Positions 36,501 through 45,016 of a DNA stretch of 64,000 nt are shown here, one piece after another. The DNA lies in assembly GCA_000002445.1 (NCBI GenBank), contig AL929603.2, forward strand, positions 128,001 to 192,000, in the 5' to 3' direction. The notes under the pieces were generated by a model. The model was given only the letters and a program-made list of their open reading frames with translations, made no database searches and was not told where the DNA came from. The DNA comes from Trypanosoma brucei. Its lineage: Eukaryota. Made by a program: the position numbers and the translations under genes. How positions within the stretch are numbered: the first letter of the stretch is position 1; each line of letters begins with the position of its first letter.

Positions 36501-37353
36501 AAGGGGGCGAGAGAACGAGGACTCAGTGCAAGGAGATGGTAAAGCCCCAGCAGCGCCAGCCTCTCAGGATACACGGAAGCTGCCGTTTCAATGTGACCTG
36601 TGCGAGGCGAGCTTCGGTACACGCTCTTCCCTGTCACTACACAAGAAATTCAAACATAAAAGCATAGTGACTGAGGACGGTGCCGTGGTGGTGGTGCAAT
36701 TCCCTCGTAAGCGTGCCCGTGAGGGAAACGTTGACGTCCCGGGGAAAGGCGAGGTGCAGTGCGGTGTGTGCCAAAAAGTGCTCAGTTGCAGGGACTCCCT
36801 CATCCGACACTGTAAGGCTTTCCACAAAGGTGAGGTAGTCGAGCTTAAATGCAGCAAAAGCACAAAATTGTGTGCCACTGATTCCCCCCATACAAACACA
36901 TCCATGTTGGTGTGCCCGACATGCGGAAGGCAGTGTGCTAGCAAAACTGGCCTCACCCTACATCAAAAGAAGATGCACGGTATGAAGGTAGAGCGCGCTG
37001 TTACCAGCCAACGCGGCGACTGCGAAGAAACGTCGCTGCACTTGATGAGCTGTCCCGGTTTGAAGAAGTTACGTGTCAGGTTTGCGGTAGAAGGTGAGTG
37101 TGTGCAGGATGTATGTTTCTCCAAAAGGCTGGCGCAGTTTCTCATTGCGGTTGAACGGAGCCGGCCGCAGGTGAAGTCCTCACCTAAGGTAACAGTCATA
37201 CAACCCACTCTTCCTTCTGCAACTTCCCCCCTTATTGCCGAGTGTGGAGCTAGCAGGAAAAGCACCGGACGCAGGAATAGTCCAGACACCCTCAGAGACA
37301 GAGGAGGTATGCTGTCAACAAGCAACAGAAACAGAAAGAGGGGGAGAGAATAA
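33565..37353 (+). CDS. ingi ORF part 2: reverse transcriptase (motifs 'YRPVTLTSCLCKVMERII', 'FVDYEKAFDTVDH', 'FADDLTLL'), RNase H-like ('ELWTDGS'), C-terminal C2H2 zinc-finger cluster; begins in -1 frame relative to part 1 (no ATG; TTG at ORF start)
   Basis: 1262-aa ORF with non-LTR RT boxes and multiple C..C...H....H fingers (e.g. 'CTECDATYQCRSSAVTHMVNKH', 'CDLCEASFGTRSSLSLHKKFKH'). Confidence 0.85.
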   Translation: MVATRKQILDRTTKKRWSTLCSRLAVSDRCSWHIVKKVYAPRPLTTPAVLVDNAAITDYRQAERFSKLYSSRARRHPDSHPPAPIKTIASEFSPITMAELRRSIKLLPSGSAAGPDCLYNEALQHLGRTALNVVLWLFNESLRTGVVPPAWKTGVIIPILKAGKKAEDLDSYRPVTLTSCLCKVMERIIAARLRDTVESQLTPQQSGFRPGCSTLEQLLHVRAALCRPTHQSRTGAVFVDYEKAFDTVDHDKIAREMHRMKVSPHIVKWCVSFLSNRTGRVRFKEKLSRSRTFERGVPQGTVLGPIMFIIVMNSLSQRLAEVPLLQHGFFADDLTLLARHTERDVINHTLQCGLNVVLQWSKEYFMSVNVAKTKCTLFGCIERHPLTLQLEGERIGADRTPKLLGVTFQCLQGMATHAAETRRKMDFRLLQIAAISASTWRPRRQVLRAFYLALVQAHTMYGIEVWYWDASERSRDLLASAQHKASRIIAGIPHGTRKEDSLLEANLLPLKTTTLVRSMKFMLMCESRGGCLRRSAEEVYHSKHPVRVLHSRIMRSYPHLRIEPREHPLETSTLRHSCRPIFHTQIKPVCADDPDDVKREASEKWIERHFARRGKEPPRREHYELWTDGSVSLGEKTGAAALLYRNNTLICAPKTGAGELSCSYRAECVALEIGLQRLLKWLPAYRSTPSRLSIFSDSLSMLTALQTGPLAVTDPILRRLWRLLLQVQRRKVRIRLQFVFGHCGVKRNEVCDEMAKKAADLPQLRDTWIPDIIAYAKRVLRSEEVHENTHRFGITGNHFPTKHKEELTREEETALARFRVGSSRHYGWMLRKINPSVPPQCRWCNPQHAAIGPTIQTQKAPIVATRTLQRTSEPTKCTECDATYQCRSSAVTHMVNKHGFVRADALRRIKYGDATPAVDIPPEPPPVVAIVPLPSSTRVPIRPQVLHCTLCASKFAVPGRLLHHLRTIHGIGSGSCRVKRGRENEDSVQGDGKAPAAPASQDTRKLPFQCDLCEASFGTRSSLSLHKKFKHKSIVTEDGAVVVVQFPRKRAREGNVDVPGKGEVQCGVCQKVLSCRDSLIRHCKAFHKGEVVELKCSKSTKLCATDSPHTNTSMLVCPTCGRQCASKTGLTLHQKKMHGMKVERAVTSQRGDCEETSLHLMSCPGLKKLRVRFAVEGECVQDVCFSKRLAQFLIAVERSRPQVKSSPKVTVIQPTLPSATSPLIAECGASRKSTGRRNSPDTLRDRGGMLSTSNRNRKRGRE

Positions 37354-37625
37354 TAAACGAATAACAAAAATCAAAACAAAAGGATTGCTAATTGACATCT
37401 TTGGGAGAGTCCAGGGTGGGAGGCTTCTCGCCCCATCTGCTGTATTCCGTTCATATGCGGAAATACAACAAAAATTATAGAGGGTGTGTTAGGATGAATG
37501 AAAAAGGGAGACTCTGCCACAGTCGCCAGACCGATAGCATCTCAGGGCTCTACGGTGATGGCTGATGGCCGCGCCAGTGAGGGGAAACTCCCACGAAGGC
37601 ACGAAGAAAATTCTAAAAAAAAAAA

Positions 37626-38492
37626 TTCTCCTTCACAAACTAAAGCATGATGCCAGAGTATTGCCTGTTACCGCATATTTTATAGGAGTTCATGCATGCA
37701 TATATATATATATATATATGTCTGTGTTGTATCTTGGAACGTTGCGCCCATATGGCAAATGGATTGGAAGACTGCTGCTGCATAAATTCATCAACCTTGG
37801 TCGCATCTATCGTACAGGAGATTCCGAAACGTATGTGTGCACGCTGCACTTTGAATCCGCATTGAGGGTGGTAACTTTCCAGTCGCGCAGAGACGTTGCA
37901 CGACAACATTGTGTGAGGAGAGTCACTCATATACAGATCAGTTTTGTCTTGTGTTTTGAAGGTGATGCCGCAAGTGCTTTCGATTTTCCCAGGGTATTAT
38001 TTCCTTTTATTGACATGATAGGGTCATTGCCCGCAACCGCGGAGTGGAAACAGGAAACGATGCAGGATGTCAGCGTGTTGAACCGCCTGAGCGATATTTT
38101 CCTGAACTTCGGTAAAGCACAGCGCCTTCCAAATATCCATGAGGGAACAATCAACTCTCCACACACCATGCAACTTTACGGGTTCCCACCCATTTTCCCA
38201 CTATTTGATACCTTGTTTGTTGTGGATTGCGACACAACCACCGAAGTTGAAAATCAACGAAAAATAAACGGTGGTGATGTTGCAATTCCAAACTGCTGGA
38301 TCACATGATAACAAAACAGGAACAGCCCTTAATATGCTCGAGAATCCTGTCCTTCTAACATGTGATGCGAATAGGGATATGTTTTTGAGAAATTTTATGA
38401 ATGAATTTGGGTGGGGAGTTATTTGTGCTCAGCATGTTGCCGTCAGAAAGATGAGACGCCAACAATTGTGCAACGATACAGCGGGCAAATGA
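37626..38492 (+). pseudogene. RHS pseudogene, portion 3' of hot spot downstream of ingi-1 (stop at 38306, frame change 38271..38492)
   Basis: 'ILLHKLKHDARVLPVTAYFIGVHACIYIYIYMS...NCWIT*' aligns to intact RHS 28384 'FILYKLLHYDAEELPVVAYFRGVAAYIFEKS...VVNCWAMSEMRAF'; contains (TA)10 at ~37700..37720. Confidence 0.7.
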
Positions 38493-39274
38493 AGTGAGGA
38501 AGATCGCAAATATGTTCATTTATTTTGGGCCAACAGTATGAAACATTACCTTGTGCAATTTAATGTTAATACCGTCGCTATGTTAGCTATTGAAAATATT
38601 GCGGGGAGGGGAAGTAACCGACATGGATGTAAATCATGAAAGAGCGGCTGTGGGAAATCAATAAAAGAGAGGAAGGAGAAGAGTAAACGGGGAAAACATC
38701 AACAAAAGAGTGTGGAAACAAATAATCACGGCAGGTGATGTCACGGTATAACTCTGTGTTAGGAGGGTTGTGGACTCTATCAAAATTAACCTCTCGGCAG
38801 TAAGCACAGTTAACAACGAGCGTATGATCCCTTTTTAAAATTTGGTTACTTTAATTCGTTTTTTTTATTACTTAACGATGTTAACATTAGATACGATATG
38901 CATTTTTTGTAGAAGCACATATGTGTTAATGAAAACATTGCAACATTGTTTACATCAGATATTAATACTTAGCTGCCTAACCGTAATTTCCTACAGAGCG
39001 TGTCGTTTACGGTTTTCATTTCTACCAGATGGATGTCACATATTGTGTTTAATATTTTACACTGAGTGATGTGCCCGAAATATTTTTTTTTCTTAATCGT
39101 CGACGCCCCTTTCACCTTTTCATGTATTCTCCTAATTTTTCTCTACCATTTGTTACATAAGGTGCGCACAGATACGATTGTATGAAGGTTTCTGTGCAAG
39201 AAGCCGAGGTGTCCAGTTCACTATTTATTTGATGGAAAGTCATTATTTTGAGTGTGCGATTCGTTGTACATTCA

Positions 39275-39787
39275 CTTTTTTTTTTTTTAAAAGTTGTCTT
39301 CGTGCCTTCGTGGGAGTTTCCCCTCACTGGCGCGGCCATCAGCCATCACCGTAGAGCCCTGAGATGCTATCGGTCTGGCGACTGTGGCAGAGTCTCCCTT
39401 TTTCATTCATCCTAACACACCCTCTATAATTTTTGTTGTATTTCCGCATATGAACGGAATACAGCAGATGGGGCGAGAAGCCTCCCACCCTGGACTCTCC
39501 CAAAGATGCCAATTGGCAATCCTTTTTTTTTCGGAGGTCCACATCACCGGACAGCAGCATCTTAGTGCGGATGATATACTGCTGATGGCACGCTGGCACG
39601 TGCCCAGTGACAGAAAAATGAAAAACGGTGTCCCAGCAAGACGCTGCTGATCCCTGTGCTGTATGATGCCGTAGCCGGAGCACAGCAGTGTTCCCCATGA
39701 AAGGAACGCTGCTGGCTCTTGGCTTCCCCCGATGATACGGGGTACTGGACCCTGGCACCACGTTGAGGTGGCCGGCATCGCCAGGGT
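39275..39787 (-). mobile_element. RIME (minus strand) inserted into RHS 3' pseudogene segment; lies directly 3' of ingi-2 separated by 10 bp TATAACAAAA
   Basis: rc 5' end CACCCTGGCGATGCCGGCCACC at 39766..39787; T14 (poly(A) on minus) at 39275..39288; the 3' segment preceding poly(A) ('GGCACGAAGACAACTTTT') is a variant of the canonical 'GGCACGAAGAAAATTC'; the RIME interrupts the RHS 3' pseudogene segment at ~39273 (copy at 1..1369 continues 'ccactggctaccggc'). Confidence 0.85.
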
Positions 39788-39797
39788 GTATAACAAA

Positions 39798-42700
39798 ATT
39801 TTTTTTTTTTTTTTAGAATTTTCTTCGTGCCTTCGTGAGAGTTTCTCCCAACTGGCGCGGCCATCAGCCATCACCGTAGAGCCCTGAGATGCTATCGGTC
39901 TGGCGACTGTGGCAGAGTCTCCCTTTTTCATTCATCCTAACACACACACTCTCTATAATTTTTGTTGTAGCTCCGCAGTTGAACGGAATACAGCAGATGG
40001 GGCGAGAAGCCCCCCTCACCCCGGACTCTCCCAAAGATGTCAATTAGCAATCCTTTTGTTTTGATTTTTGTTATTCGTTTATTATTCTCTTCTCCTCTTT
40101 CTGTTTCTGTTGCTTGTTGATTGCATACCCCCTCTGTCTCTAAGGGTGTCTGGACTATTCCTGCGTCCGATGCTTTTCCTGCTAGCTCCACATTCGGCAA
40201 TAAGGGGGGAAGTTGCAGAAGGGAGAGTGGGTTGTATGACTGTTACCTTAGGTGAGGACTTCACCTGCGGCCGGCTCCGTTCAACCGCAATGAGAAACTG
40301 CGCCAGCCTTTTGGAGAAACATACATCCTGCACACACTCACCTTCTACCGCAAACCTGACACGTAACTCCTTCAAACCGGGACAGCTCATCAAGTGCAGC
40401 GACGTTTCTTCGCAGTCGCCGCGTTGGCTGGTAACAGCGCGCTCTACCTTCATACCGTGCATCTTCTTTTGATGTAGGGTGAGGCCAGTTTTGCTAGCAC
40501 ACTGCCTTCCGCATGTCGGGCACACCAACATGGATGTGTTTGTATGCGGGGAATCAGTGGCACACAATTTTGTGCTTTTGCTGCATTTAAGCTCGACTAC
40601 CTCACCTTTGTGGAAAGCCTTACAGTGTCGGATGAGGGAGTCCCTGCAACTGAGCACTTTTTGGCACACACCGCACTGCACCTCGCCCTTCCCCGGGACG
40701 TCAACGTTTCCCTCACGGGCACGCTTACGAGGGAATTGCACCAACACCACGGTACCGTCCTCCGTCACTATGCTTTTATGTTTGAATTTCTTGTGTAGTG
40801 TCAGGGAAGAACGTGTACCGAAGCTCGCCTCGCACAGGTCACATTGAAACGGCAGCTTCCGTGTATCCTGAGAGGCTGGCGCTGCTGGGGCTTTACCATC
40901 TCCTTGCACTGAGTCCTCGTTCTCTCGCCCCCTTTTCACGCGGCAACTGCCGCTGCCTATGCCATGTATTGTTCTAAGGTGGTGTAGTAGTCTGCCTGGC
41001 ACTGCGAATTTGGAGGCACAGATGGTACAATGAAGCACCTGCGGTCTCATCGGGACTCGTGTGCTCGATGGTAGGGGAACGATCGCCACCACTGGAGGGG
41101 GCTCCGGGGGGATATCCACTGCAGGTGTTGCATCGCCGTATTTGATCCTCCGGAGGGCATCAGCTCGCACAAAGCCATGTTTGTTTACCATATGCGTTGC
41201 AGCACTCGAGCGGCATTGGTATGTGGCATCACATTCCGTACATTTGGTCGGTTCGGAGGTTCTTTGAAGAGTGCGTGTCGCAACAGTTGGGGCCGTTTGT
41301 ATTGTTGGCCCTATCTCTGCATGTTGCGGGTTGCACCATCGGCACTGTGGAGGCACACTCGGGTTGATCTTTCGCAACATCCATCCATAGTGCCTTGAAG
41401 ACCCAACCCGAAAGCGTGCCAGTGCCGTTTCTTCTTCCCTCGTCAGTTCTTCCTTATGTTTTGTTGGAAAGTGGTTGCCCGTGATACCAAACCTATGAGT
41501 GTTCTCATGGACTTCTTCCGACCTAAGCACTCGCTTCGCATAAGCAATGATGTCGGGGATCCATGTGTCTCGCAACTGTGGTAAATCTGCGGCCTTTTTG
41601 GCCATGTCATCGCAAACCTCATTCCGTTTCACGCCACAATGGCCAAACACAAATTGCAGTCGGATACGTATCTTCCTTCTCTGAACTTGAAGCAGAAGCC
41701 TCCATAGTCGTCTTAGAATTGGGTCCGTTACGGCTAGGGGGCCTGTCTGCAGTGCTGTTAACATTGACAGCGAGTCAGAGAAGATGGATAACCTGCTCGG
41801 TGTGGTTCTGTATGCCGGAAGCCATTTCAGCAGCCGTTGCAGTCCTATCTCTAATGCTACGCATTCCGCTCTGTAACTGCATGAGAGTTCCCCTGCTCCT
41901 GTCTTAGGTGCGCAAATCAGCGTGTTGTTTCTGTAGAGCAGGGCAGCTGCTCCGGACTTCTCACCGAGGGACACGGATCCATCAGTCCACAATTCGTAGT
42001 GCTCTCGCCGCGGTGGCTCCTTCCCCCTCCGTGCAAAATGCCGTTCAATCCACTTTTCGGAAGCCTCCCTTTTGACATCGTCAGGGTCATCAGCGCACAC
42101 AGGCTTTATCTGCGTGTGAAATATCGGTCGGCAGCTGTGGCGGAGCGTCGATGTCTCTAGTGGGTGCTCGCGTGGCTCAATGCGGAGGTGGGGGTAGGAC
42201 CGCATGATACGGGAATGTAGGGCTCTGACTGGGTGTTTGCTGTGGTATACTTCTTCAGCACTGCGCCGCAAACATCCGCCTCGTGACTCACACATCAGCA
42301 TGAATTTCATGCTGCGCACAAGAGTGGTCGTCTTGAGTGGCAGGAGGTTTGCTTCCAGCAGAGAGTCCTCTTTGCGCGTCCCATGCGGTATGCCGGCTAT
42401 GATGCGACTGGCTTTGTGTTGTGCTGATGCAAGGAGGTCGCGACTTCGTTCCGAAGCGTCCCAGTACCATACCTCAATGCCATACATGGTGTGTGCCTGT
42501 ACGAGTGCTAGATAAAAAGCTCTCAGTACTTGTCGTCTTGGCCCCCATGTAGAAGCTGAGATGGCTGCTATCTGCAGTAGTCGGAAGTCCATCTTGCGTC
42601 TCGTTTCGGCCGCATGTGTTGCCATCCCCTGCAGACACTGGAATGTTACTCCTAGAAGCTTCGGTGTCCTGTCAGCTCCTATTCTTTCACCGTCCAGTTG

Positions 42701-45016
42701 TAATGTAAGGGGGTGGCGCTCTATACACCCGAAGAGTGTGCACTTTGTTTTCGCTACGTTGACAGACATGAAGTACTCTTTTGACCACTGTAACACCACG
42801 TTTAGACCGCACTGTAGTGCGTGGTTGATGACATCCCTCTCTGTGTGCCTCGCAAGTAGCGTTAGGTCGTCTGCAAAGAATCCGTGCTGCAGTAACGGCA
42901 CCTCTGCAAGGCGTTGGCTCAACGAGTTCATGACAATAATGAACATGATTGGGCCAAGGACAGTTCCTTGTGGCACTCCTCGCTCAAATGTTCTGCTTCT
43001 GGAAAGCTTCTCCTTGAATCTCACTCTGCCAGTTCGGTTACTCAGAAATGATACGCACCACTTCACAATGTGGGGTGATACCTTCATTCTGTGCATTTCC
43101 CTCGCAATTTTGTCGTGGTCTACTGTATCAAATGCCTTCTCGTAGTCAACGAATACAGCACCCGTACGATATTGGTGCGTGGGACGGCAGAGGGCAGCGC
43201 GGACGTGCAGGAGTTGTTCGAGCGTTGAGCATCCGGGGCGAAAGCCTGATTGCTGCGGCGTCAGCTGGGACTCAACAGTGTCTCTAAGTCTCGCGGCAAT
43301 TATGCGCTCCATGACTTTGCAGAGACAGCTCGTGAGCGTCACAGGCCTGTAAGAATCGAGGTCCTCCGCCTTTTTTCCGGCCTTCAGGATGGGGATGATA
43401 ACACCAGTCTTCCATGCAGGCGGCACGACTCCCGTTCGTAGGCTCTCATTGAATAGCCTCAGAACAACATTCAGCGCTGTTCTACAGAGATGTTGCAGTG
43501 CCTCGTTGTATAAGCAATCAGGTCCGGCTGCGGATCCACTCGGTAGCAGTTTGATCGATCTCCGTAGTTCAGCCATCGTGATGGGACTGAACTCACTCGC
43601 TATCGTCTTTATTGGTGCCGGTGGGTGTGAGTCGGGGTGCCTTCTTGCGCGGGACGAGTACAGTTTACTGAACCTCTCAGCTTGACAGTAGTCCGTGATG
43701 GCCGCGTTATCAACAAGTACAGCCGGTGTGGTTAGTGGTCGTGGCGCATATACCTTCTTGACAATGTGCCAACTGCAGCGGTCTGACACCGCAAGTCTGG
43801 AGCATAGCGTGCTCCATCTCTTCTTTGTGGTACGGTCCAGGATCTGCTTACGCGTGGCTACCAACTTTTCCCTTCGGCGGGAGGGTCCGCATCCAGCGAT
43901 CTCTTCATCGAGTTTCGCGAGCGCAGGTGTCCAATGCGGATGGCGGAGCTCAATTTCTGTTCCAGGGTGTTGACGTTCTTCTCTCTACCAATTTTCCTGC
44001 AGAGCTCGTCAACCTTGAGACGGAAATTCCTCCAGTTAGCTTTTAGCCATGCGTACATGGGCTTTCGAAGCCGCGGGCAACTCAGTGCATCTGTGTCGTC
44101 TCCAACGATAACGTCGAAAAATATGTGATGGTGATCGCTATCGGGAGAATACAGCGATGTCCACGTGTACACTGTGCAATTCCTTGACAGTGTCACATCA
44201 GGGGTGGACTCCCCGTGGTGGCACGCGTACCTGGTGCACTCACCAGTGTTGCAGACCAGAAACTGGTTGTCAATGCACCACTGTGTGAGGGTTTCACCCT
44301 TGGTATTTGGTGGGCTCGCGCGATCCCATGCCAACGCGTGTGCGTTAGCGTCTGCACCGATGAGCTGGGCACCGTCAGTCGTCAGAAGCGTATCTAGGTC
44401 AGTTGCCGTGAAGGTGTGTTTTGGTGGGATGTATGCCGACGTGACAGTCAGCGCCGTTCCACGTGCAAGGTGAATTGTTGCATGCACTTGTTCAATGCGA
44501 CCAATAACGGCCATACCGGTCTCGACTGGTAGGTCCTCCCTCACTAGTATTGATACACCACCTCCTTTGCAGTTACGAGCTATTCCGTGATGTTGGTAGC
44601 CAGCAACGCTAAAGCAAGCCGCCTCTCCAGGCGTCATCCTTGTCTCGCTCAACAGACAAAAGGCGATCCGCTCATCAACAAGGGTTTTGTGGAGTGCTAA
44701 TCTCTTTCCTTGAGATAGCCCGGCGCAGTTCCACTGCATCCCGCGCAACGACGGGCCGGGATTCTCTTCCACATCACCGGACAGCAGCATCTTAGTGCGG
44801 ATGATACTGCTGATGGCACGCTGGCACGTGCCCAGGGACCGACAAATGAAAAACGGTGTCCCAGCAAGACGCTGCTGATCCCTGTGCTGTATGATGCCGT
44901 AGCCGGAGCACAGCAGTGTTCCCCATGAAAGGAACGCTGCTGGCTCTTGGCTTCCCCCGATGATACGGGGTACTGGACCCTGGCACCACGTTGAGGTGGC
45001 CGGCATCGCCAGGGTG
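39798..45016 (-). mobile_element. ingi non-LTR retrotransposon (ingi-2, full length ~5.22 kb, same frameshift as ingi-1), inserted at RHS hot spot
   Basis: rc 5' end CACCCTGGCGATGCCGGCCACC at 44995..45016; poly(A) as T17 at 39798..39814; ~98-99% aa identity to ingi-1. Confidence 0.9.
40082..43864 (-). CDS. ingi-2 ORF part 2 (RT / RNase H-like / C2H2 zinc fingers), 1260 aa
   Basis: Near-identical to 33565..37353 protein. Confidence 0.85.
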   Translation of the reverse strand: MVATRKQILDRTTKKRWSTLCSRLAVSDRCSWHIVKKVYAPRPLTTPAVLVDNAAITDYCQAERFSKLYSSRARRHPDSHPPAPIKTIASEFSPITMAELRRSIKLLPSGSAAGPDCLYNEALQHLCRTALNVVLRLFNESLRTGVVPPAWKTGVIIPILKAGKKAEDLDSYRPVTLTSCLCKVMERIIAARLRDTVESQLTPQQSGFRPGCSTLEQLLHVRAALCRPTHQYRTGAVFVDYEKAFDTVDHDKIAREMHRMKVSPHIVKWCVSFLSNRTGRVRFKEKLSRSRTFERGVPQGTVLGPIMFIIVMNSLSQRLAEVPLLQHGFFADDLTLLARHTERDVINHALQCGLNVVLQWSKEYFMSVNVAKTKCTLFGCIERHPLTLQLDGERIGADRTPKLLGVTFQCLQGMATHAAETRRKMDFRLLQIAAISASTWGPRRQVLRAFYLALVQAHTMYGIEVWYWDASERSRDLLASAQHKASRIIAGIPHGTRKEDSLLEANLLPLKTTTLVRSMKFMLMCESRGGCLRRSAEEVYHSKHPVRALHSRIMRSYPHLRIEPREHPLETSTLRHSCRPIFHTQIKPVCADDPDDVKREASEKWIERHFARRGKEPPRREHYELWTDGSVSLGEKSGAAALLYRNNTLICAPKTGAGELSCSYRAECVALEIGLQRLLKWLPAYRTTPSRLSIFSDSLSMLTALQTGPLAVTDPILRRLWRLLLQVQRRKIRIRLQFVFGHCGVKRNEVCDDMAKKAADLPQLRDTWIPDIIAYAKRVLRSEEVHENTHRFGITGNHFPTKHKEELTREEETALARFRVGSSRHYGWMLRKINPSVPPQCRWCNPQHAEIGPTIQTAPTVATRTLQRTSEPTKCTECDATYQCRSSAATHMVNKHGFVRADALRRIKYGDATPAVDIPPEPPPVVAIVPLPSSTRVPMRPQVLHCTICASKFAVPGRLLHHLRTIHGIGSGSCRVKRGRENEDSVQGDGKAPAAPASQDTRKLPFQCDLCEASFGTRSSLTLHKKFKHKSIVTEDGTVVLVQFPRKRAREGNVDVPGKGEVQCGVCQKVLSCRDSLIRHCKAFHKGEVVELKCSKSTKLCATDSPHTNTSMLVCPTCGRQCASKTGLTLHQKKMHGMKVERAVTSQRGDCEETSLHLMSCPGLKELRVRFAVEGECVQDVCFSKRLAQFLIAVERSRPQVKSSPKVTVIQPTLPSATSPLIAECGASRKSIGRRNSPDTLRDRGGMQSTSNRNRKRRRE

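Larger units (their letters stand above)
32433..37625 (+). mobile_element. ingi non-LTR retrotransposon (ingi-1, ~5.19 kb, 5'-truncated by ~17 nt, defective: early TAG at ~32505 and frameshift at ~33565)
   Basis: 5' '..TCAACGTGGTGCCAGGGTCCGGTACCCCGTATCATCGGGGGAAGCC', 2A peptide, AP endonuclease, RT, C2H2 fingers, 3' '...GGCACGAAGAAAATTCT'+A11 at 37615..37625. Confidence 0.9.

Noticed and set aside
33383-37367. Numerous 60-190-aa ORFs antisense to the ingi ORFs, in both copies
   Set aside because: These are antisense artefacts within a GC-richer retroelement. They have no motifs and duplicate only because the element is duplicated.
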